A stretch of DNA of 64,000 nt from an uncultured Gammaproteobacteria bacterium (GTDB taxonomy: Bacteria; Patescibacteriota; Microgenomatia; Levybacterales; GWA1-39-11): positions 160,489-224,488 of the forward strand of contig CAYVFE010000001.1 in assembly GCA_964450885.1 (NCBI GenBank), in the 5' to 3' direction. The position numbers and the translations under genes are program-made. The stretch's first letter is position 1. Every line of letters starts with the position of its first letter. This document shows positions 11,721-19,533 of the stretch, piece after piece. The notes below the pieces were generated by a model that was not told the origin of the DNA, searched no databases, and was given only the letters and a program-made list of their open reading frames with translations.

Positions 11721-13117
11721 ATCCTCGGAAAAAGTGGTTCGATTGCTGTGATTTTTTCTTTTGAGAAATGCGAGAGGATTTTCTCAGCAGTCTCGGGAAG
11801 AAATGGTTGGAGATTGTAGGCGATTTCTATAATACCAATTACCAAGGTAGCAAGAATAATTTTTGACTTCTCGTCGTTAAGCTCCCATGGCTTTTCAAGA
11901 TTAATGAGCTTATCGAGTCCGGCAATCTTATTCCATAAATAGTCCAACGCTTGATTGAACTCAAAATTTTCAAAATAATCCTTTACGACCTCATCTAATT
12001 GTTTTTCAATATTTTTAGGTCCAGAAAAGTTTTTAGTCTCGCATAACTTAGAGACTCTTGAGACTAAATTTCCCAGGCCATTTGCAAGATCCGCATTGTA
12101 GACTGTCTTTAGTTTTTCCTCAGAAAAGTCGCCATCCTGCGTAGATGGGATTTGGCTCAGCAGATAATAACGGAGTGAATCTGCTCCATATTTTTCAATT
12201 AGCTCCACCGGATCAATTACATTTCCTAAAGTCTTTGACATCTTTTGGCCATTTACAGTGAAGTACCCATGAACAAATAGTGATTTTGGAAGCGGGAGTT
12301 TTGCTGAGAGTAGGAATGCGGGCCAGTATACCGCATGGAACCTTAAGATTCCTTTTCCTATGACATGAACGTCAGCGGGCCATGCATCTAAGTTTTCGAC
12401 TCCGCTCCTATATATATTCAGAGCATCAAACCATACGTACATTCTCTGGCTGTCGTCGTCTGGGACGGGCACACCCCAGTTTTTCGCGCGTTCATTCGAG
12501 CGGCTGATACTTATATCCTGGAGACCAAGTTTTAGAAATGATAGAACTTCGTTCTTTCGGGAATTAGGAACGATCTTGATCTGGTCGTTTTCGATTATAT
12601 CTATGATGTCTTTTTCGTATCTAGATAACTTAAAAAAGTAGTTCTCCTCACTTACCTCATCGAGTTTTTTACCTGGATGCTCAAAGCACTCTCCATTTTC
12701 ATTAAGTTCACTTTTTTCATAAAAGGTCTCACATCCTACGCAGTAAAGTCCAGTATATGTTTTCTTGTAGATATCTCCACTTTCTAGGCACTTATTCCAT
12801 AAATCCTGGGATGATTTATAGTGATCAGGGACACTTCCTTTTTGAAATACATCAAATTTTACGTTTAGAGCCTTTGCAAGGTCCTCAAATAGATGGCTAT
12901 TTTTATCGACAAATTCCTGAACGCTGACATTCTCTTTTTCTGCCGCCTGGACGTTTTTCAATGCATTCTCATCACCACCTGATAAAAGTATGGTGTCCTT
13001 TCCCAGGAGCCTATGGTATCGCGCTATGACATCTGCCTGTACAAACTCCAAAGAATGGCCTACGTGCGGTTTTGCATTTACATAAGGGATGGCGGTCGTT
13101 ACATAGAAGTTTTTCAT
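11714..13117 (-). CDS. metG: Methionyl-tRNA synthetase
   Basis: HVGH (HIGH motif) near the N-terminus, KMSKT (KMSKS motif), and Cys knuckles CVGCETF...CFEH. Confidence 0.93.
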   Translation of the reverse strand: MKNFYVTTAIPYVNAKPHVGHSLEFVQADVIARYHRLLGKDTILLSGGDENALKNVQAAEKENVSVQEFVDKNSHLFEDLAKALNVKFDVFQKGSVPDHYKSSQDLWNKCLESGDIYKKTYTGLYCVGCETFYEKSELNENGECFEHPGKKLDEVSEENYFFKLSRYEKDIIDIIENDQIKIVPNSRKNEVLSFLKLGLQDISISRSNERAKNWGVPVPDDDSQRMYVWFDALNIYRSGVENLDAWPADVHVIGKGILRFHAVYWPAFLLSAKLPLPKSLFVHGYFTVNGQKMSKTLGNVIDPVELIEKYGADSLRYYLLSQIPSTQDGDFSEEKLKTVYNADLANGLGNLVSRVSKLCETKNFSGPKNIEKQLDEVVKDYFENFEFNQALDYLWNKIAGLDKLINLEKPWELNDEKSKIILATLVIGIIEIAYNLQPFLPETAEKILSHFSKEKITAIEPLFPRIK

Positions 13118-13150
13118 AATAAACGATTTTAACAGTTAGTAGCCTCAAGC

Positions 13151-13486
13151 TCAAGCTGACTTATAGGTTAATCTATCGATAAGTATTATAAGAAGCAGTA
13201 AAAGAATTGGGTAAAAAAGGTTCGAAAATCCAAAATACCTTAGCGTCAGAAATGAAAGTATAAAAATACCTAAGAAAAATCCTCTTAAGTAGTTTTTGAA
13301 AATAAATGATCCTAAGCATATGAATACACCAAAAAGAAGAACAAAAAAAACTACTACGGATGGAATAGAGATATCCAGAATTACAAGTGGCTGACTAGGA
13401 GACCGGAATAAAATCAAAGCCATTGTTAATAGAAGCAAGATGGTTGCGCCCGACAGGACAGGCAAGTATTTTTTTCTCTTTCCCAT
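13151..13486 (-). CDS. Small hypothetical membrane protein
   Basis: 111 aa with 3-4 hydrophobic helices, downstream of metG on the same strand. Confidence 0.4.
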   Translation of the reverse strand: MGKRKKYLPVLSGATILLLLTMALILFRSPSQPLVILDISIPSVVVFFVLLFGVFICLGSFIFKNYLRGFFLGIFILSFLTLRYFGFSNLFYPILLLLLIILIDRLTYKSA

Positions 13487-13514
13487 ATATACATAGATTA
13501 TCAGAAAAATGGTG

Positions 13515-13551
13515 TTGACAACAGTTAGCAGTCATGATATATTAGTGCTAA
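13515..13551 (+). promoter_or_regulatory. TTGACA -35 box followed by a CIRCE-like operator (TTAGCAGTC-N9-TAGTGCTAA) upstream of hrcA
   Basis: ttgaca at 13515-13520. ttagcagtc atgatatat tagtgctaa at 13525-13551, with the same left arm as the hsp20 site. An extra half-site ttagcactt sits at 13577-13585, just before the hrcA start. Confidence 0.55.
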
Positions 13552-13591
13552 TCAATCACTAAGCCTAGGCTAAAAATCTTAGCACTTTAAT

Positions 13592-14314
13592 ATGTACGAT
13601 TTAACGCAGAGACAAATAGAGATCCTGAAGCATATCGTAAAAGAATATACGGACACGGCGCTTCCTGTAGGCTCAGAGACCCTAGAGAAAAAGTATGATC
13701 TGGGAGTCAGTCCAGCGACCATCCGTAATGAGACCGCTGATATGGTCAAAAAAGGTTATCTGACTAAAGCTCACTCATCATCCGGAAATGTTCCGTCCTC
13801 AAAGGCAGTAAAGCTTTATATCAATGAGCTTATGAAGGAGAAGGAGCTTTCGGTAGCAGACGAGGTTGAGGCAAAAGAGAATGTTTGGGATCTTCGCGAG
13901 AAAGAGGCGCAGTTTTTGCGGGCTGCAACAAAAAAACTTGCGGAAAAAACAAAATCTCTTGCTGTTGCCAGTACGGATATAGGAGATATATTCTTTGCAG
14001 GATATTCAAATATTTTGAGCATGCCGGAGTTTTACGATATCGACGTAACAAAGAATCTGTTATCGATTCTGGATAACGATTCGTACTTTGACGCAATCTA
14101 TGGAAGGATTACAGAAAAATGCACTGTGATATTGGGAGACGAATTCGAGCAGGAAGTATTTCGCCCATACAGTTTCGTATTTGCTAAGTTTAATACCAGG
14201 CGGAATCATTCTGGATCAATAGGCGTGATAGGGCCATCTAGAATGCATTACGAATATATATTGCCTATCGTAAGACATTATGGAGCGTTAGTAGACGAGA
14301 TAGCAGATTGGTAG
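13592..14314 (+). CDS. hrcA: Heat-inducible transcription repressor HrcA (short form)
   Basis: N-terminal winged-helix pattern LTQRQIEILKHIVKEYTDTALPVGSETL...VSPATIRNETADMVKKGYL. First gene of the hrcA-grpE-dnaK order. Confidence 0.8.
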   Translation: MYDLTQRQIEILKHIVKEYTDTALPVGSETLEKKYDLGVSPATIRNETADMVKKGYLTKAHSSSGNVPSSKAVKLYINELMKEKELSVADEVEAKENVWDLREKEAQFLRAATKKLAEKTKSLAVASTDIGDIFFAGYSNILSMPEFYDIDVTKNLLSILDNDSYFDAIYGRITEKCTVILGDEFEQEVFRPYSFVFAKFNTRRNHSGSIGVIGPSRMHYEYILPIVRHYGALVDEIADW

Positions 14315-14355
14315 AAGTTATTGATAATTATAAATTGAAAGTTTAAATTAGATAA

Positions 14356-14811
14356 ATGATGAAAGATGAAAAGAAACAAACAATTAAGAAAAAGACAAAT
14401 GATAAGAACCTTGAAAATCAAATAGCGAGTCTGGAGGAGAATCTGAAAAGAGCTCTTGCTGACTATCAGAATCTGGAAAGAAGGGTTTTGAATGAGAGAG
14501 CTGATTTGGTAAAATATGCGAATCAGGAGCTTTTAAAGAAAATCATCCCTTCATTTGACAATCTATATCTGGCTGAAAAATATATTAAAGACGAAGGAGT
14601 AAAATTAACCATCCAAAAGCTTACAGAGAACTTAGGAGAGGTAGGAGTTAAAAGAATCGATGTTGTGGGGAAAGAGTTTGATCCGGTAAAAATGGAATGT
14701 GTAGAAGTCGTAGATGGAGATAAAGATATAGTTGTTGAGGAGACAACACCAGGATTTATGCTATTTGATAAAGTAATTCGTCCTGCAGCAGTAAAAGTAG
14801 GAAATAAATAA
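14356..14811 (+). CDS. grpE: Nucleotide exchange factor GrpE
   Basis: Coiled-coil N-terminus. C-terminal FDP..MECV...GFMLFDKVIRPA is the GrpE beta-sheet domain pattern. Confidence 0.8.
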   Translation: MMKDEKKQTIKKKTNDKNLENQIASLEENLKRALADYQNLERRVLNERADLVKYANQELLKKIIPSFDNLYLAEKYIKDEGVKLTIQKLTENLGEVGVKRIDVVGKEFDPVKMECVEVVDGDKDIVVEETTPGFMLFDKVIRPAAVKVGNK

Positions 14812-14835
14812 AAAAAATATTAAAATAAAATAATT

Positions 14836-16749
14836 ATGGGAAAAATAATAGGAATAGATTTAGGAACAACTAATTCGTGCATGGCCGTCATGGAAGGCGG
14901 TAGCCCTAAGGTGATCTTTAATTCTGAAGGGAAAAATACAACACCCTCAGTCGTTGATCCAGTAGACGGGGTAGTAGGAGATGTTGCAAAACGTCAGATG
15001 GTTCTAAAGCCAGAGCGCGTTATCTACTCTGTAAAGCGTTTGATGGGTAGACGTTTTAAGGACAAGGAAGTAAAGGAGGCCGCAGAATTTTTACCTTATA
15101 AAATAGTTGACGGAAAAAATGGGATGGCTGCCGTTGAAGTCGATGGAAAAACATACACCCCACAGGAAATATCAGCAAAAGTACTACAGAAATTAAAGAA
15201 AGACGCAGAAGACTATCTGGGAGACAAAGTAACACAGGCAGTTATTACTGTTCCCGCATATTTTGATGATGCGCAGCGACAAGCTACAAAACAAGCTGGA
15301 GAAATTGCGGGTCTTGAAGTTTTGAGAATCATAAATGAGCCAACTGCAGCGGCGCTTGCCTATGGTATGGATAAAAAACATGCTCATACTATTGCAGTTT
15401 ACGACCTGGGAGGAGGAACTTTTGATATTTCGATTTTAGAGTTAGGCGAAGGCGTTTATGAGGTGAAGGCTACAAATGGAGACACTCATTTAGGAGGAGA
15501 CGATTTTGATCAGGTGATAATAGATTATCTGGCTGATGAATTCAAAAAGGAAAATAGTGTTGACCTAAAAGCTGATAAGCAGGCTTTGCAAAGACTTAAA
15601 GAGGCAGCTGAAAAAGCAAAGATTGAACTTTCTTCCTCAAAAGAAGTTGATATCAATCAGCCATTTATTACGATGTCTGCAAGCGGCCCGCTGCATTTGA
15701 CTACAAAATTATCACGTTCTAAGTACGAATCTTTAGTTTCGGATCTTGTCAAAAAGACTTTTGACCCCGTAAAACAGGCTCTCAAAGATGCAGGCGTAGA
15801 TGCTTCAAAGATAGATGAGGTAATCATGGTCGGAGGAATGACCAGAATGCCAAAGATCGTTGAGGAAGTAAGTAGCTTTTTCGGGAAAGAACCCAATAAG
15901 AGCGTTAACCCAGATGAGGTTGTTGCTGTGGGTGCTGCAGTACAGGCTGGAGTTTTGGGAGGGGATGTAAAAGACGTTCTGCTTCTTGATGTTACTCCGC
16001 TTACGCTAAGTATTGAGACATTGGGAGCCGTTGCTACACCTCTTATTGAGAAGAATTCTACGATTCCAACTAAAAAATCTCAGGTATTCTCAACCGCTGC
16101 TGACAACCAGACACAGGTGGATATTCATATTTTGCAGGGTGAACGGCCGATGGCTGCTGACAACAAGGATTTGGGAAGATTTATTCTTGATGGTATTCCG
16201 CCAGCTCCGCGTGGCGTACCACAAATCGAAGTTACATTTGATATCGATGCGTCAGGAATACTCTCCGTTACCGCAAAAGATAAGGCAACAGGAAAAGAAC
16301 AAAGTATAAAAATTACCGGGTCCACTGGGCTTTCTGACGAAGAGGTAGATAAGATGACAAAAGAGGCTGAGATGAATGCGGAGGAGGACAAGAAGAAAAA
16401 AGAGCTTATTGATGCAAAAAATAGCGCCGAGGCTTTGATAATAACCGCAGAGAAAAGCATGAAGGATATAAAGGATCTGCCCGAAGATGATAAGAAAGGA
16501 CTTGAGGATCTGATTGAAGAACTTAGAAAGACGCTTGAGGGCGAAAGCAAGGATGAAATTGAGGAAAAGACACAAAAACTCTCAGAAGCGCTATCAAAGG
16601 TGGGCGAAAAGATGTATTCCCAGCAGGGAGAGCAGTCTTCGGATGAAAAGTCCGATAATGAAGATGAAAAAAGCGGAGAAAAGGATGAAGACAAGAAAGA
16701 CAAAGAGAATGTTGAAGAAGGCGAAGTCGTAGACGACAACAAAAACTAA
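14836..16749 (+). CDS. dnaK: Chaperone DnaK (Hsp70)
   Basis: [19 protein letters not shown] and acidic C-terminal tail. 637 aa. Confidence 0.97.
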   Translation: MGKIIGIDLGTTNSCMAVMEGGSPKVIFNSEGKNTTPSVVDPVDGVVGDVAKRQMVLKPERVIYSVKRLMGRRFKDKEVKEAAEFLPYKIVDGKNGMAAVEVDGKTYTPQEISAKVLQKLKKDAEDYLGDKVTQAVITVPAYFDDAQRQATKQAGEIAGLEVLRIINEPTAAALAYGMDKKHAHTIAVYDLGGGTFDISILELGEGVYEVKATNGDTHLGGDDFDQVIIDYLADEFKKENSVDLKADKQALQRLKEAAEKAKIELSSSKEVDINQPFITMSASGPLHLTTKLSRSKYESLVSDLVKKTFDPVKQALKDAGVDASKIDEVIMVGGMTRMPKIVEEVSSFFGKEPNKSVNPDEVVAVGAAVQAGVLGGDVKDVLLLDVTPLTLSIETLGAVATPLIEKNSTIPTKKSQVFSTAADNQTQVDIHILQGERPMAADNKDLGRFILDGIPPAPRGVPQIEVTFDIDASGILSVTAKDKATGKEQSIKITGSTGLSDEEVDKMTKEAEMNAEEDKKKKELIDAKNSAEALIITAEKSMKDIKDLPEDDKKGLEDLIEELRKTLEGESKDEIEEKTQKLSEALSKVGEKMYSQQGEQSSDEKSDNEDEKSGEKDEDKKDKENVEEGEVVDDNKN

Positions 16750-16801
16750 CAATTTCCCCTAAAGCGTTGTGTTGATTCCTATTGCATGATACGATGTTAT
16801 T

Positions 16802-17098
16802 ATGCAAGATTGTGCTCCAAATGAGATATTGACAGACTTTGGATGTATCCCTGATGATCCTGTTGGATTCGTGCAAAAGTTCTATGGAATAGGTCTGGGA
16901 TTTATAGGTATGGTCGCGCTGATTTTTATCATAATTGGTGGGTATAACATAATGACCTCTCAGGGTGATCCTACAAAGCTTGCGACCGGAAAATCCTTCA
17001 TTACATATTCGATAATTGGGGTATTATTGGCGATTTTTGGTTTTGTTTTCATAGAAGTGGTTACTGGAGATATATTAAGAATTCCAGGATTTAACTAA
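16802..17098 (+). CDS. TrbC/VirB2-like pilin-type small membrane protein
   Basis: 98 aa. Two long hydrophobic helices (GIGLGFIGMVALIFIIIGG and IIGVLLAIFGFVFIEVV) separated by a short polar loop, with Cys pair C4/C15 near the N-terminus. Immediately upstream of the VirB6-like gene. Confidence 0.5.
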   Translation: MQDCAPNEILTDFGCIPDDPVGFVQKFYGIGLGFIGMVALIFIIIGGYNIMTSQGDPTKLATGKSFITYSIIGVLLAIFGFVFIEVVTGDILRIPGFN

Positions 17099-17100
17099 AG

Positions 17101-19494
17101 ATGAAGAAATTACTGCCCATAATTTGTTCTATTCTATTTGCTGCATTTGCTTTTTTCGCAGTAGTAAATACTTCTAATGCTCAGGTTATCGGCACAACTC
17201 CAACTCCCGAATCCCCATCAGGGGACTGGAAGAAAGATCAAGAGGTAACCTTTATAGGTAAGACCGCTGCCCGATCAAACGAATTTTTGCAATGGACGCT
17301 CCAGAATTATCAATGGATAAGTATCACTCCGGAAAATCCTACAAATCCTCTTGCTGAGTTCTGGGGTGTTATAAGAAATATTGTCTTGGCGCTTCTTGTG
17401 CTTTTTATTCTAGCAGCTGCATTTGTGATTATTATTACCCGTGGTCAGAACATAACCATAATGCGGTTTATCCCACGATTTATAATAATCATTCTTCTGA
17501 TTGTATTTTCTTTTGCTATCCTTAGATTTTTGTATCAATTTTTCGACGTAATCCAGGGATTTTTCCTTCGGACTACTGATCCTGCAGGAGGACCCGACAG
17601 ATTTATAGAGCCGAAAGACCTTTTATATATAGCTTTTGATTATAAGAGCTTCATAGGATTTAGGCAGGTTGGGATGGAGTTTGATGAGTCTGCTTATATA
17701 TCGCTTCTTTTGGTGAAAATTACTGCGGTTACATATTACGTGATGACAGGAATTCTTTTGATCAGAAAAATCATACTATGGTTTTTCATAATTATCTCAC
17801 CTGTTTTCCCATTGTTGCTATTTTTCAGGCCTCTAAGAAATACTGCAAAGATATGGGTGGGCGAATTTTTTAGGTGGCTTCTTTACGCTCCTCTGTTTGC
17901 AATATTCTTGCATGGGCTTGTCGTAATGTGGAGGGATAGGATTCCTTTGTCTTTTGATTTTTCTCAGGTTGGAACACAGATTTATCCTACTGCTATAAAT
18001 ATTTTACTAGGAGGTCCGGGACAGCAGATAGGGCTCAATAATTCTGTTAACTTTCGTGATACATTCGCACTTTATGTTGTAGCGCTTCTTATGCTTTGGG
18101 TGGTCATTCTTCTCCCCTGGCTATTGTTGCAGATATTTTTGGATTATCTAAATAATCTTTCGCTCTCTGAGACTCCTTTTTATCAAAGAATAGCCCAGAC
18201 GAATATCCCATTTATAAATAGGCCGATTGGTAAGGGACCAGATACGCCACCATCCGTTCCACCACAGGGTCCAGCATCAGCAGGGCTCGCCCGTAGTCTT
18301 CCATTTATGAACAAACGTGCTATGCAGATTCCTGTTAAGAAAGTTACAAGTGCCGACAATAACAAAAACATCTCATCTCGTCAAAATATCTCTAATATTT
18401 CATCTGAGACAAGCGAGGTAGTAAGACTTGCGAACCTTTCGGTTCCCAAGATGAGAGATATTGCCCGCATGGAATCGGCATCTATTACTAAGAATCAGTC
18501 AGTCCAAAACCAAAAGACGGAGATAACTAACAAATTGACGCAGATATCATCTCCCGCTTCTGCGCCGGCGATTGAGCGCGAAAAGATCACCACCATAAAA
18601 GAAAAGCTTGTACAGATGCAGCAAAAAGGAGATCCAGTCGCAAGTTCTATATTAAGTGCTTCAAGATTAGGATCGAGAGGAGCAATGACATCGGAGATGA
18701 TCAAAAACAAACTGGCGGTAACTTTGCAGCATATTGCAAGTCCTTCGATGGCTTTGACTGCGCAAGAGAGGCAGAAGGTGCAAGATATACGACAAGAGCT
18801 TTTGTCAGCTCAACAACAAGGCAATCCGCTTGCGACATATATCTTGGATATGAGTGAGAAAGTAAGTGGGGAAAACGTAAATGAAAAGGAGAAGCAGTCA
18901 CTTATAGATAGAGTAAAAGAGAAACTTTCAGCAGAAAAACAGAAAGGAAACAAACTTGCCGAAAAAGTGCTTCCAGCAGAAGGTGCAACAACGATCGCTG
19001 CAGCATCTCTTCCTAGTGTCAATCGAGTTCAGCAGGTAAGTCTGGATGAGTACGAAGAAGTCAAAAATATTTGGAAAGAAAACTATACGAATATGGAACC
19101 CCCTGCGCCTCTTGATGGTAAGACACTGACCAAGGAAGAATGGATCAATAATGATATTCAAAAAATAGATGAAACTATAAATCTACTTAGTTCTCCCGAC
19201 CAGACACAGGTACAAAAGGGCATGGAAATGGTTTCCGACATATTGCCGTTTCTACTCATAGGAGGTTTCTCAAAGGCTGAGGTCATTGCCTATCTTAAAG
19301 CAAAGCAAGCTGCCGGCAAAGAAGTCGCAGGGCAGGTTGAACAGAAGAGGAATGAGGAGGATACACTTCTTGAGAATAAGCCTAAGAAGGAAGAAAATTC
19401 AGCTGAGATGACGATGAAAAGAGAGTTGCCAATAGAAAACGCCCAGGAAAATAGTGGAAATCCTGATAAAGATCCATCAACAAATGCATCTTAG
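17101..19494 (+). CDS. VirB6/TrbL-like polytopic membrane protein with long C-terminal repeat-containing tail
   Basis: Signal peptide, about 6 TM helices and a roughly 400 aa hydrophilic tail. The tail has three imperfect repeats (EKLVQMQQKGDPVASSIL / QELLSAQQQGNPLATYIL / KEKLSAEKQKGNKLAEKVL). 2 nt gap after the pilin-like gene. Confidence 0.55.
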   Translation: MKKLLPIICSILFAAFAFFAVVNTSNAQVIGTTPTPESPSGDWKKDQEVTFIGKTAARSNEFLQWTLQNYQWISITPENPTNPLAEFWGVIRNIVLALLVLFILAAAFVIIITRGQNITIMRFIPRFIIIILLIVFSFAILRFLYQFFDVIQGFFLRTTDPAGGPDRFIEPKDLLYIAFDYKSFIGFRQVGMEFDESAYISLLLVKITAVTYYVMTGILLIRKIILWFFIIISPVFPLLLFFRPLRNTAKIWVGEFFRWLLYAPLFAIFLHGLVVMWRDRIPLSFDFSQVGTQIYPTAINILLGGPGQQIGLNNSVNFRDTFALYVVALLMLWVVILLPWLLLQIFLDYLNNLSLSETPFYQRIAQTNIPFINRPIGKGPDTPPSVPPQGPASAGLARSLPFMNKRAMQIPVKKVTSADNNKNISSRQNISNISSETSEVVRLANLSVPKMRDIARMESASITKNQSVQNQKTEITNKLTQISSPASAPAIEREKITTIKEKLVQMQQKGDPVASSILSASRLGSRGAMTSEMIKNKLAVTLQHIASPSMALTAQERQKVQDIRQELLSAQQQGNPLATYILDMSEKVSGENVNEKEKQSLIDRVKEKLSAEKQKGNKLAEKVLPAEGATTIAAASLPSVNRVQQVSLDEYEEVKNIWKENYTNMEPPAPLDGKTLTKEEWINNDIQKIDETINLLSSPDQTQVQKGMEMVSDILPFLLIGGFSKAEVIAYLKAKQAAGKEVAGQVEQKRNEEDTLLENKPKKEENSAEMTMKRELPIENAQENSGNPDKDPSTNAS

Positions 19495-19533
19495 CATTTG
19501 TTGAAGTAGTTGCTATTTGTCTATAATAAAAAT

